A DNA stretch of 64,000 bases from Bacillota bacterium. GTDB lineage: Bacteria > Bacillota > Dethiobacteria > DTU022 > UBA8154. Position numbers and translations under genes: made by a program. Below the pieces are notes generated by a model that saw only the letters and a list, made by a program, of their open reading frames with translations, ran no database searches and was not told the origin of the DNA. The stretch spans positions 3,030 through 67,029 of the forward strand of contig JAUSPO010000047.1 of assembly GCA_030656575.1 (NCBI GenBank), written 5' to 3'. Positions 49,463 to 59,082 of this stretch are shown piece by piece (positions within the stretch are counted from its first letter, which is position 1; every line of letters starts with the position of its first letter).

Positions 49463-51043
49463 TTAGCCTTCATTGGCGATTTCTTCCTGCAAGGTTCTTT
49501 TTTCTACTTTGCCCGTGAGAGTTAAAGGAAGAGACTTTCTAAAAACGAATTGTTCAGGAATTTTATATTCTGCAAGGTATTTTTCAAGAAAAGAGATTAC
49601 TTCTGATTGTTTAAGGTTGTTTACATCACTCGTGACGATATATGCTCTGCCCGTTTCTCCCAGAACTGGGTTGGGAACACCGCAAACAGCCGCCAGTTGG
49701 ATCTGGGGATGCCTCATTAATTTATTTTCAATTTCCAAAGGATAGACGGTATAGCCACCTGTAATAATCATGTCTTTCTTTCTACCGATCAATCTGAGGT
49801 AGCCGTCTTTATCTTTCATGCCCATATCCCCTGTATAGAACCATCCATCTTTATCAATTACTTTTTCGGTCTCAGCAGGTAATTCAAAATATTCCTTGAT
49901 TACGCCATCTCCTTTGATGGCTACTTCGCCTGTTTCGCCATCAGGAAGTTCAACCCGGTTTTCATCTACAATCTTGATAGAAAAACCTTTTGCCGGCTTT
50001 CCAACGGTTTCCATCAGTTTATCAGGATGGTCATCAGAGGAAGTGTATGTAACCAGGCCTGATGTTTCTGCCAGTCCATAAGCTGTCCTTACATTTCCTT
50101 TTCCGATAGTAAATAATTTCATCATCAAATCAGGTGGTGTCGGCGCACCAGCTACAGCACACATACGAATACTTGACAGATCATACTTGTTGAACTTTGA
50201 AACATTAAGCATCATCGTAAACATAGTGGGGACCTGCCCAAGGAAGGTAATCTTTTCTTTTGCGATTAATTCCAGAGCATCAACAGGATTAAAATGGTCC
50301 ATGATTACAACGGTAGCGCTTTTCATCAGAGCTGCAATAAACAATTCTGATGCTCCTCCGATATGACTGATATGCAGGTGAAGCAAAATCCTATCTTCAG
50401 AAGAGATCTCCCATACTCTTACTTCTTCACTAATTGTTGAAATAATATTTTTGTGGGTTAGAACGGCCCCTTTTGGTTTTCCTGTTGTTCCAGATGTGTA
50501 AATTACCAGTATCCCGTCATCGGGAGAAATCAGTTTTTTTCTTTCCTCCAGCCTTTCTTCTTTGATACCGTTATCATGATAAATCAGATCATCAAGTGTA
50601 TATGTTTTTCGAATAATTGGTTTTTTGTGCTGGGTATTATGAAGTACCAGGTATGGAATAATTCCCGGAAAAATATATTCCCTAATCATTTTTTGGAAAT
50701 TTTTCTGTCGGTGCTCGTCGATCATCACCAGAACTTTTGGCAGGGAATTGTTTAATATATAGGCTATTTCCGGTCCTTTGTAAAGAGGGTTTATACCAAC
50801 AACAACAGCTCCCACAAGGGATGATGCCATATAAGTATAAAGGTACTCGGGGCAGTTTGGCATTAACACGGCTATCCTGTCACCTTTTTTTACACCCATT
50901 TCCAGAAATGATTTAGCCAGGTTTTTTGCATTAGTCAGGAACTCCCCATAAGAGATCCGTTTTTCTTTGTAGACCATAGCTTCTTTATCTGGAAAAGATG
51001 ATGCTGCTTTTTCTAAATAATCAGACAGGAGTAATAAGTCCAT
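49463..51043 (-). CDS. long-chain-fatty-acid--CoA ligase (AMP-binding enzyme)
   Basis: AMP-binding motifs (YTSGTTGKPKG, GDMG..DGYL..GRKKD) on the - strand. 526 aa. Confidence 0.85.
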   Translation of the reverse strand: MDLLLLSDYLEKAASSFPDKEAMVYKEKRISYGEFLTNAKNLAKSFLEMGVKKGDRIAVLMPNCPEYLYTYMASSLVGAVVVGINPLYKGPEIAYILNNSLPKVLVMIDEHRQKNFQKMIREYIFPGIIPYLVLHNTQHKKPIIRKTYTLDDLIYHDNGIKEERLEERKKLISPDDGILVIYTSGTTGKPKGAVLTHKNIISTISEEVRVWEISSEDRILLHLHISHIGGASELFIAALMKSATVVIMDHFNPVDALELIAKEKITFLGQVPTMFTMMLNVSKFNKYDLSSIRMCAVAGAPTPPDLMMKLFTIGKGNVRTAYGLAETSGLVTYTSSDDHPDKLMETVGKPAKGFSIKIVDENRVELPDGETGEVAIKGDGVIKEYFELPAETEKVIDKDGWFYTGDMGMKDKDGYLRLIGRKKDMIITGGYTVYPLEIENKLMRHPQIQLAAVCGVPNPVLGETGRAYIVTSDVNNLKQSEVISFLEKYLAEYKIPEQFVFRKSLPLTLTGKVEKRTLQEEIANEG

Positions 51044-51268
51044 TGATTGCTGCCTCCTTTTCTTGGTCAGAACCAGTTCCTTTTTTGAAGGTTCTGCTAT
51101 TGTATGCTAATAGTATTATTATAATAGTAAATGTTTAAATTATCAATATTATTAAAAAATGATTTCTTAATTTTTTTACAATACATTTTTTTACAATGCA
51201 CCAGGATGTTGTTTTACCGGGCTGGCTGGGTTATAATAGTAAGCAGTTAAAAGTATTGAGGTGATAGT

Positions 51269-51667
51269 TTGAAATTAACATTTTACGATAAATTTTTCAT
51301 TGCACTGGTCCTAGCTGTAAGCCTGGTGGGATTTGTCTTAAATTTTAGTCTGGATGCAGGGATGGAACAAAAATATATTACCGTTCATGTTAATAACGAG
51401 TTTATTATGGAAGTTTCGTTTAACGATGAAACTGAACAGACGTTTACGTTTCCTTTTGGGGAAAACAAGGAACATACTGCCGTTCTTGAAATAAGCAAAG
51501 GAAGGGTTCGTATGCTCCATCTTCATCTCGATCTATGTCCCCGGGGGATTTGTGCCCATACAGGATGGATCAGTCGTAATTACCAGACCATTGTATGCGT
51601 CCCCAACCGTATAATCATCGCTTTTAGCGATAAAACACTGGACGGCGTTGACGGAGTCACTAAATAG
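51269..51667 (+). CDS. NusG-domain-II (DUF1312) membrane-anchored protein
   Basis: N-terminal TM helix. The HLHLDLCPRGICAHTGWI...IVCVPNRIII segment resembles the NusG_II fold. Confidence 0.45.
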   Translation: MKLTFYDKFFIALVLAVSLVGFVLNFSLDAGMEQKYITVHVNNEFIMEVSFNDETEQTFTFPFGENKEHTAVLEISKGRVRMLHLHLDLCPRGICAHTGWISRNYQTIVCVPNRIIIAFSDKTLDGVDGVTK

Positions 51668-51759
51668 TGGGGAGTCAGTTTGTATTGCTGAATAAACGTT
51701 AATTCTTGACAAAAAAGTTCTCCCTCATATATAATTAGGCGTAGTCTTGAAGGAGTGGT

Positions 51760-52284
51760 ATGATGAAGCTGTATATCCCTGTTCTTAAGAAGGAAGAGGG
51801 AAAGTTTTTTCACTACAGTGAGTCTTTAAGGCTTGAAATTAACGGTGGTGACGAGGATCCTGTCATGAATATTGATCTTCAGGTCGCCTATGTCCGACCC
51901 AACGTGCTCATCAAGGGAAACTGGCATGTGCAGTTCAAGGGAGAATGCAGCCGCTGCATGGAGCAGTCTTCTTTTATTATTAAAGATAGTTTTTATGAGG
52001 AATTTAACCAGTTATCCAGTGGAGAGGACTTACAAGATCATTATGTGCATGGGGATATAGGAGATGTTTGTGTTTTTAAAGGAGATACACTTGATTTAGG
52101 GGAATATTTTCGACAGTCATATTTTATGTCACAACCTTTAAAAATTTTGTGTAAAAGCGAGTGTAAGGGGCTTTGTCCTGTTTGCGGAATAAACAAAAAT
52201 AAAGGTGATTGTAATTGCAATGAAGGAAATATTGATCCTCGCTGGGCACTTTTGCAAAAAATTAAAGAAAAAACTTTGGAATAA
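51760..52284 (+). CDS. yceD: YceD/DUF177 family protein (23S rRNA accumulation protein)
   Basis: C-terminal CKGLCPVCGINKN..CNC motif. Conserved position upstream of rpmF. Confidence 0.8.
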   Translation: MMKLYIPVLKKEEGKFFHYSESLRLEINGGDEDPVMNIDLQVAYVRPNVLIKGNWHVQFKGECSRCMEQSSFIIKDSFYEEFNQLSSGEDLQDHYVHGDIGDVCVFKGDTLDLGEYFRQSYFMSQPLKILCKSECKGLCPVCGINKNKGDCNCNEGNIDPRWALLQKIKEKTLE

Positions 52285-52401
52285 TTACATGTTTTAAAAG
52301 GAATTTTATAGGTATTGAAGAATAATAAGTTATTCTTGAGTATATAGAAAAATTATGATTTAAGGGATAATAATTGGTAAACCAGAAGGAGGTGCTTTTA
52401 C

Positions 52402-52590
52402 ATGGCAGTACCAAAGAGAAAAACATCGAAAACAAGAAGAGATAAGCGGAGAGCTAACTGGAAGTTGACATTACCAGGATTTGCAAAATGTCCTAAATGC
52501 CATGAGGTTAAACTACCACATAGAATTTGCCCAAGCTGTGGATTTTACAAGGGTAAAGAAGTTATGAAGGGTAAAGAAGTTGTTAAATAA
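52402..52590 (+). CDS. rpmF: 50S ribosomal protein L32
   Basis: [19 protein letters not shown]-terminus. Zn-ribbon CPKC...CPSC. Confidence 0.95.
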   Translation: MAVPKRKTSKTRRDKRRANWKLTLPGFAKCPKCHEVKLPHRICPSCGFYKGKEVMKGKEVVK

Positions 52591-52606
52591 GTGTTTCTTT
52601 AAAGAA

Positions 52607-52655
52607 CCTGGGTTATTCTTTTTGAGTATAACCCGGGATTTATTTTATTTTTAAC
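52607..52655 (+). terminator. intrinsic terminator downstream of rpmF
   Basis: CCTGGGTTAT...ATAACCCGGG hairpin followed by ATTTATTTTATTTTT. Confidence 0.7.
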
Positions 52656-52688
52656 GAATATTTAGTTTTTTAAAGGGGATGGATTATT

Positions 52689-53690
52689 GTGCTGCGTGTT
52701 GCAGTTGATGCCATGGGTGGTGATTATTCACCTTTCGAAATAGTAAAAGGGGTTATTTCTGCTGTAAACGGATCAGACGATTTGGAAATTTTACTTGTTG
52801 GCTCAGAAGAAGCCATTAAAAACAGTACTGACAGGGATTTAGATCCCAGACGTATAAAAATTATTAACGCAGAAGAAGTTATCGGTAATAATGAAGATCC
52901 TGGCCTAGCAATCCGTTCCAAAAAGAAATCATCTATGGTTACTGCCATGAGGTTAGTCCGTGAAGGAGAAGCGGATGCTGTAATTAGCGCCGGAAATACC
53001 GGAGCTTTGATGGCAGGAGGATTACTATTTCTCGATAGATTAAGCGGAATAAAGCGCCCTGCGTTGCTGTCAGTAATTCCCTCATTTGAAGGATCAGGGG
53101 TTGTTTTATTGGACATTGGCGCCAATATGGACGCAAAGCCTGAACATTTATTGCATTATGCATTAATGGGCAAAATTTATGCGAAGGAAGTGCTCGGCAG
53201 GGATAATCCCCGTGTTGCTCTTTTAAACGTTGGTATCGAAGAAAAAAAGGGGAATGCCCAGGTTAAAAATGCCTATCAATTGATTAAAGACCGTGTTACT
53301 AATTTCGTAGGTAACGTTGAGGCAAAAGAAATATTCCAAAATACCGCTGATGTATTGGTATGTGATGGTTTCGTGGGAAATGTAATGTTGAAAACTATCG
53401 AAGGGATGGCACGGGATATCTTTGCTTACCTGCGTCAGGAAATCAAAAAAGATCCAAAGGCTTATCATGCATCTGAGATGCTTAACCCGATTTTTGAAAA
53501 AATTCGCTCCAGCCTGGATGAATCAGAGTATGGGGGAGGATTGTTAATAGGCTTAAAAGGTGTTTGTTTCAAGTGCCATGGCGCATCTAAAGAAAAGGCT
53601 ATAACCCAGGCTCTATTAAAGCAGGTTTATCCTTTCTTAAAGAAAAATACCAATAAAAAAATTGAAGAAGCATTAAAGCAAAACACATAG
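52689..53690 (+). CDS. plsX: phosphate acyltransferase PlsX
   Basis: LRVAVDAMGGD N-terminus. Full-length PlsX family, 333 aa. Confidence 0.95.
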   Translation: MLRVAVDAMGGDYSPFEIVKGVISAVNGSDDLEILLVGSEEAIKNSTDRDLDPRRIKIINAEEVIGNNEDPGLAIRSKKKSSMVTAMRLVREGEADAVISAGNTGALMAGGLLFLDRLSGIKRPALLSVIPSFEGSGVVLLDIGANMDAKPEHLLHYALMGKIYAKEVLGRDNPRVALLNVGIEEKKGNAQVKNAYQLIKDRVTNFVGNVEAKEIFQNTADVLVCDGFVGNVMLKTIEGMARDIFAYLRQEIKKDPKAYHASEMLNPIFEKIRSSLDESEYGGGLLIGLKGVCFKCHGASKEKAITQALLKQVYPFLKKNTNKKIEEALKQNT

Positions 53691-53707
53691 CCGAAAGGAG
53701 ATAACCC

Positions 53708-54697
53708 ATGCATTCTGGGAAATCGGTTGGTATCGTTTCCACTGGAAAGGGCCTGCCTGTATGCCGGTTGACAAATTTAGAGCTGGAGGAAATTGTTGAT
53801 ACCAGCGATGAATGGATAATATCCAGGACGGGAATTAAAGAAAGGCGAATTATCAGTAACAGCGAAACAAATTCAGAGCTTTCTTTCATCGCTTCAAAAA
53901 TAGCCCTTGACAGAGCTAATTTGAAGCCTGAAGATCTTGATTTAATTATTGTTGCAACAGTAACTCCGGATATGCTCTTTCCTTCCACGGCCTGTCTAAT
54001 ACAGGCCAAATTGGAAGCATATAATGCTGCCGCATTTGATCTTGCAGCGGGTTGTACGGGATTTCTCTATGGACTGAGTGTGGGGGAACAATATATCAAA
54101 ACCGGGGCTGCAAAAAATGTGCTGCTGGTCGGGGTAGATACTCTTTCAACCATCGTCGACTGGCAGGACAGAAATACTTGTGTGTTATTTGGTGACGGAG
54201 CCGGAGCCGTAGTGCTGCAGGAAGTGGAAGAAAATCGTGGTTTGCTGTCCTGCAAGCTCTTTTCAGATGGCAATAAAGGAGATCTATTATGTGTTCCTGC
54301 AGGGGGTTCCCGTTTTCCCGCAACCCGGCAGACTGTGGAAAAAAAGATGCATTACATCAAGATGAATGGTCCTGAGGTTTTTAAATTTGCTGTCACAGTT
54401 ATGATCAATTCAACTTTAACGGTCCTGGAGATGTGTGGTAAGAAGCCTGCCGATTTGGATTACCTTGTGCCACACCAGGCAAATATTCGGATCATTAATG
54501 CCGCATCTAGAAAATTGGGATTGAAGCCGGAACAGGTTCTCGCCAATATCGACCGTTATGGCAATATGTCTTCAGCTTCTATTCCTGTGGTATTGGACGA
54601 AGCAGTTGAGGAAGGAAAAATTAAACGAGGTGACCTCATAGCATTAGTTTCTTTTGGTGCAGGTCTTACCTGGGGCGCAGCTGTTTTAAATTGGTAG
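53708..54697 (+). CDS. fabH: 3-oxoacyl-[ACP] synthase III
   Basis: Active-site Cys in AAGCTGFLYGL, His/Asn motifs (HQANIRI, NMSSASIP), and C-terminal GAGLTWGA. Confidence 0.9.
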   Translation: MHSGKSVGIVSTGKGLPVCRLTNLELEEIVDTSDEWIISRTGIKERRIISNSETNSELSFIASKIALDRANLKPEDLDLIIVATVTPDMLFPSTACLIQAKLEAYNAAAFDLAAGCTGFLYGLSVGEQYIKTGAAKNVLLVGVDTLSTIVDWQDRNTCVLFGDGAGAVVLQEVEENRGLLSCKLFSDGNKGDLLCVPAGGSRFPATRQTVEKKMHYIKMNGPEVFKFAVTVMINSTLTVLEMCGKKPADLDYLVPHQANIRIINAASRKLGLKPEQVLANIDRYGNMSSASIPVVLDEAVEEGKIKRGDLIALVSFGAGLTWGAAVLNW

Positions 54698-54701
54698 GTA
54701 G

Positions 54702-55646
54702 GTGATAAGTATGACGAAATGCGCTTTTCTTTTTCCAGGGCAGGGTGCACAGTACGTAGGAATGGGTAAGGATTTAGCTGACAGCTATAAGTGCGCCAGG
54801 GCTGTTTTTGAGGAAGCGGATGAAATCCTCGGCTTTAAATTAAGTAAAATTATTTTTGAAGGAACAAAAAATGATTTACAGAAAACAGAGATAACCCAAC
54901 CGGCAGTTCTAACAACTAGTTTAGCAGTTCTTTCAGTATTAAGGGAACAGGGAATTCATCCCCAGGCTGTGGCAGGCCTAAGTCTTGGAGAATATAGCGC
55001 CCTGGTCTGCGCAGGGGTTTTGACTTTCAGGGATGCGCTTCTCGTGGTTCAAAAAAGGTCTCAGTTTATGCAGGAGACGGTTTCCCTGGGACAGGGGGGC
55101 ATGGCTGCAATACTGGGCCTGAGCGGGGAAGAAGTCCAAAACTTATGCCGGCAGAGCTTAACTATTGGTCACGTTGAACCGGCAAATTACAATTGCCCCG
55201 GGCAGATCGTGATTGCGGGCTATCAAGATGCCCTTGAAGAGGTGTGCAGGTTGGCCAGGGAAAAGAAAGCCCGGGCTGTTATGCTTTCTGTAAGTGTTCC
55301 GTTTCATTCCATGCTTCTGCTGCCTGTTAAAGAGAAAATGTCATCATTATTAGAAAACATAAATTTCAGTAAACCTATCTTTTCCTTTGTGTCAAATATC
55401 TGTGCTGCTTACCTGTCTGAACCCGGCGAAATCAGGGAATCATTGGTGAAACAGGTTTACAGTCCTGTTTACTGGGATGATTCTGTGCGGCTTTTATTGA
55501 GGGATGGGTATGATCTTTTTATTGAAGTTGGACCGGGGCGTGTTCTGACAGGGTTTATGAAGAAGATAGATAAAGATACTCAAGCAATACATCTTGAAGA
55601 CAGATTAACGCTTGACAGGCTTTTAAAATTCCTGCAGGAGGTATAA
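54702..55646 (+). CDS. fabD: [ACP] S-malonyltransferase
   Basis: FPGQGAQY N-terminus and the active-site GLSLGEYSAL motif. Confidence 0.9.
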   Translation: MISMTKCAFLFPGQGAQYVGMGKDLADSYKCARAVFEEADEILGFKLSKIIFEGTKNDLQKTEITQPAVLTTSLAVLSVLREQGIHPQAVAGLSLGEYSALVCAGVLTFRDALLVVQKRSQFMQETVSLGQGGMAAILGLSGEEVQNLCRQSLTIGHVEPANYNCPGQIVIAGYQDALEEVCRLAREKKARAVMLSVSVPFHSMLLLPVKEKMSSLLENINFSKPIFSFVSNICAAYLSEPGEIRESLVKQVYSPVYWDDSVRLLLRDGYDLFIEVGPGRVLTGFMKKIDKDTQAIHLEDRLTLDRLLKFLQEV

Positions 55647-55648
55647 AA

Positions 55649-56392
55649 TTGACCTTAAAAGGGAAGGTGGCTATCGTAACTGGTGGATCCCGGGGTATTG
55701 GGAGGGAAATAGTCCTTGCTTTGGCTAAAGCCGGGGCAGCGGTGGTAATTAATTATCATGAGCAGTCTGATGCTGCTGAAGATACATTAAAAAAAGTTCA
55801 GGAATTAGGCAGTGAAGGGCTGATTTATAAGGCTGATGTAAAATACTTGCCTGAATGTGAAAAAATGGTTAAAGCCACCCTTGATCATTTCGGAGGAATT
55901 GATATACTAATAAATAACGCTGGAATACGCAGAGATAATATCTTGGCCTTAATGAAAGCGGAAGATTGGGATGTGGTCATGGACATTAATCTTAAAGGGG
56001 TTTTTAACTGCTGTAAGGCTGTTTTACGGCCCTTTTTAAAACAAAAAAGAGGAGGTAAAATAATAAATATTACTTCTATAGCCGGTGTGTTTGGGAATAG
56101 TGGTCAATCAAATTATGCTGCTGCGAAAGCGGGAGTAATTGCTTTTACTAAATCACTGGCCAAGGAGATTGGAAAGAGAGGAATTACAGTTAATTCTGTT
56201 GCTCCAGGTTTTATAGATACTGATATGACGGAAAGTCTTTCCCAGCAATATAAAGAGAATGTTGTTTCCCGTATTGCTTTGGAGAGATTCGGGAAGCCTG
56301 AAGAAGTTGCGGAAACAGTTCTTTTTTTGGCGGAGAAGGCTAATTATATAACAGGGTCAGTGATTTTGGTGGACGGAGGACTTTCGCTGTAA
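55649..56392 (+). CDS. fabG: 3-oxoacyl-[ACP] reductase
   Basis: SDR motifs [12 protein letters not shown] and YAAAKAG. Confidence 0.9.
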   Translation: MTLKGKVAIVTGGSRGIGREIVLALAKAGAAVVINYHEQSDAAEDTLKKVQELGSEGLIYKADVKYLPECEKMVKATLDHFGGIDILINNAGIRRDNILALMKAEDWDVVMDINLKGVFNCCKAVLRPFLKQKRGGKIINITSIAGVFGNSGQSNYAAAKAGVIAFTKSLAKEIGKRGITVNSVAPGFIDTDMTESLSQQYKENVVSRIALERFGKPEEVAETVLFLAEKANYITGSVILVDGGLSL

Positions 56393-56423
56393 ATACTTGC
56401 AGGTTACATTGGATGGAGGTGAA

Positions 56424-56660
56424 ATGAAAGTGGATATCTTTGGAAAGATAAGATCGTTAATTTCCGAGCAGTTAGACATAGACGAAGAAAAAATTACATC
56501 AGAAACTACCTTTGAAGACATTGAGGCTGATTCGCTTGATGTTGTGGAGCTTGTTATGGCTCTGGAGGAAGAATTCGACCTGGAAATTGCTGATGAAGAG
56601 GTAGAAAAAATCAAAACAGTTGGCGATATTGTCCGTTACATAGAAAAGCATATTTCTTAA
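56424..56660 (+). CDS. acpP: acyl carrier protein
   Basis: [16 protein letters not shown] phosphopantetheine-attachment motif. ATG follows a GGATGGAGGTG Shine-Dalgarno sequence. The ORF track begins at 56397. Confidence 0.9.
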   Translation: MKVDIFGKIRSLISEQLDIDEEKITSETTFEDIEADSLDVVELVMALEEEFDLEIADEEVEKIKTVGDIVRYIEKHIS

Positions 56661-56673
56661 TAATAAATACTTA

Positions 56674-56699
56674 GAAGCCCTGCTTTTTTGCAGGGCTTC
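56674..56699 (+). promoter_or_regulatory. stable hairpin between acpP and fabF (no U-tract)
   Basis: GAAGCCCTGC-TTTTTT-GCAGGGCTTC, a 10-bp perfect stem. Not followed by a U-run, so more likely an attenuator or RNA processing site than a full terminator. Confidence 0.5.
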
Positions 56700-56736
56700 A
56701 GAAATGTTATAGATGTCATGTTTACGAGGTGAAGTT

Positions 56737-57987
56737 GTGAATAAAATAGTTGTTACAGGAATTGGCGCAGTTACACCTATCGGGATTGGTAACAAAGAAT
56801 ACTGGGAAAACCTTAAAAGGGGAACGAGTGGGGTTTCCGTAATTAATAAATTTAAGGATATTTTTCCCACGCATATTGCTGCAGTTATTGAAGACTTTGA
56901 ACCAACCGATTACATGGAAAAGAGAGATATCAAAAAAACTGATCGCTTTACGCAGCTTGCCCAGGCAGCTGCGCAAATAGCAATCGAAGATGCAGCTCTT
57001 AACATACAAAAAATGGATAAAGAAAAGATAGGTGTAATTATCGGTTCAGGCATAGGAGGAATTGATACTATCGAGGCACAGATCAAGATTCTTATTGAAA
57101 AAGGACCGAAGCGGGTGAGCCCATTTTTTATTCCAATGCTTATTGCGAATATGGCTTCCGGTTACATTTCCATAGTCCATGGAATTCAAGGCCCTATTTC
57201 CACAACTGTAACTGCCTGTGCCAGCGGCACTCATGCTATTGGTGAGGCTTTTCGCCTTTTGCAGAGAGGTGATGCGGATGTTATGATTGCGGGAGGGGCG
57301 GAAGCCGCTGTAAATTCTGTTGCATTTGCCGGTTTCTGTGCAGCCCGTGCTATGTCTACCTCTAATGATCAACCCCAAAAAGCTTCCAGACCCTTTGATT
57401 TGAAGAGGGATGGTTTCGTGATGGGAGAGGGCGCAGGAGTATTAATCCTGGAAACTTTAGAGCATGCTCTTGGCAGGAAAGCACCTATCTATGCAGAAAT
57501 TGTAGGTTATGGCATGTCCGGAGATGGCTATCACATAACTACCCCAGACCCTGAAGGACAAGGAGCATATCTTTGTATGCAGAGAGCTTTAAAAGATGCG
57601 GGAATCTTACCTGAGAGTGTAGATTATATTAACAGTCACGGCACTTCCACCGAGTATAATGACAAGATTGAAACTCTTGCCATTAAAAGGGTTTTTAAAG
57701 AACATGCTTATAAGGTTCCTGTCAGTTCTACCAAATCCATGATCGGCCACTTATTAGGTGCCGCAGGAGGCGTTGAAATGGTCGCCACCCTTTTAAGCAT
57801 GCGTTACAGTATTATTCCTCCAACGATTAATTATGAATTCGAGGATCCTGATTGTGATTTGAATTATGTGCCAAATAAGGCCTGTAATCAGGCAATAAAT
57901 GTGGCTATCTCCAATTCTTTTGGTTTCGGGGGTACAAATGCCTGTCTCGTGGTAAAAAAAAGTGACTTTGATGGGGGAGGGGTTTAA
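56737..57987 (+). CDS. fabF: 3-oxoacyl-[ACP] synthase II
   Basis: KAS II with active-site Cys (TACASGTHAIG), His-His (SHGTSTEYND, GHLLGAAG) and C-terminal GFGGTNA. GTG at 56737 follows an ACGAGGTGAAG Shine-Dalgarno sequence. Confidence 0.9.
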   Translation: MNKIVVTGIGAVTPIGIGNKEYWENLKRGTSGVSVINKFKDIFPTHIAAVIEDFEPTDYMEKRDIKKTDRFTQLAQAAAQIAIEDAALNIQKMDKEKIGVIIGSGIGGIDTIEAQIKILIEKGPKRVSPFFIPMLIANMASGYISIVHGIQGPISTTVTACASGTHAIGEAFRLLQRGDADVMIAGGAEAAVNSVAFAGFCAARAMSTSNDQPQKASRPFDLKRDGFVMGEGAGVLILETLEHALGRKAPIYAEIVGYGMSGDGYHITTPDPEGQGAYLCMQRALKDAGILPESVDYINSHGTSTEYNDKIETLAIKRVFKEHAYKVPVSSTKSMIGHLLGAAGGVEMVATLLSMRYSIIPPTINYEFEDPDCDLNYVPNKACNQAINVAISNSFGFGGTNACLVVKKSDFDGGGV

Positions 57988-57989
57988 CC

Positions 57990-58688
57990 ATATCCTATCT
58001 TGAAACTGCCGAGCTGCTAAAGTTTCTCAAGTGGCCTGCTAAGAAAATTGAACTTTATGATGAGGCTTTAACCCACTCATCCTACGCTTATGAAGCTGAA
58101 GGCATTAAAAACAACGAGCGGCTTGAATTTTTAGGAGATGCAGTTCTTGAACTTATTATTTCGGAATATTTTTTTAGAACGTTTCCTAATTATCCCGAGG
58201 GTAAATTGACGCTAATGCGTCACAATATTGTGAATGAAAAATCTTTGTCACAAATAGCGCAAAACTTAGACCTCGGTTCATATATCAAGTTGGGAAAAGG
58301 GGAATTCTTAAGCGGTGGATCAGAGAAACCCTCTTTGCTTAGTGACGGTCTGGAGGCACTGATCGGTGCCCTTTTTCTGGATTTGGGTTATAACGAAACA
58401 AGACCTTTAATTATTGACCTGTTTAAGCCGGTTCTGGATGCTGTAAAACAGGGGAATACACTCCTTCTGGATTATAAGACTATGTTACAGGAAATGTGCC
58501 AATCAAAACTGGGCATACTTCCTTCTTATTATATCATTGGCGAATCCGGCCCACCCCATAATAAAACTTTTGAGGCGGCAGTGAAGACAGAGAATAAAGT
58601 CATTGGCAGCGGCAAGGGAAAGAGTAAAAAAGAAGCAGAGCAGTCTGCCGCGAAAATGGCCTGGCAATCCCTGGAAAAATATAAATAG
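57990..58688 (+). CDS. rnc: ribonuclease III (5' boundary unresolved: no canonical start codon)
   Basis: The frame is open from the fabF stop. It contains ALTHSSY and the catalytic ERLEFLGDAVLE signature before the first ATG, GTG or TTG at 58206. A dsRBD lies at the C-terminus. See the rnc finding. Confidence 0.8.
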   Translation: MSYLETAELLKFLKWPAKKIELYDEALTHSSYAYEAEGIKNNERLEFLGDAVLELIISEYFFRTFPNYPEGKLTLMRHNIVNEKSLSQIAQNLDLGSYIKLGKGEFLSGGSEKPSLLSDGLEALIGALFLDLGYNETRPLIIDLFKPVLDAVKQGNTLLLDYKTMLQEMCQSKLGILPSYYIIGESGPPHNKTFEAAVKTENKVIGSGKGKSKKEAEQSAAKMAWQSLEKYK

Positions 58689-58733
58689 TTTTACAAATTA
58701 TTTTCTAAAAAGGGGAAAAGGGGGATTTACTTC

Positions 58734-58994
58734 ATGGAAGTACTCAAAGTATCTGCTCAGTCCAAGGCTAAATCGGTGGCAGGAGCGTTGGCAGCTGTAA
58801 TCAGGGAAAATGGTACAGCAGAACTTCAGGCTGTTGGAGCCGGAGCTGTCAATCAGGCGATTAAGGCTATTGCAATTGCACGAGGTTATGTGGCACCTAA
58901 CGGAATAAATCTGGTAGCCATCCCTGCTTTTGTAGAAATATTAATTGACAATGAAGAAAGGACAGCTATCAAATTCATTGTCGGACCCCGGTAA
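58734..58994 (+). CDS. spoVS: stage V sporulation protein S
   Basis: 86-aa sequence (MEVLKVSAQSKAKSVAGALAAVIRENGTAELQAVGAGAVNQAIKAIAIARGYVAPNGINLVAIPAFVEILID...) matches the SpoVS family as recalled from memory. Confidence 0.85.
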   Translation: MEVLKVSAQSKAKSVAGALAAVIRENGTAELQAVGAGAVNQAIKAIAIARGYVAPNGINLVAIPAFVEILIDNEERTAIKFIVGPR

Positions 58995-59082
58995 AAGCAT
59001 GATTCTCTAAGAACAAACACCGCCTGCTGTAAAGCAGGTTTGTTTGTTATGACCATGGGTCGTGACCGTAAAGGTGGTTAAA

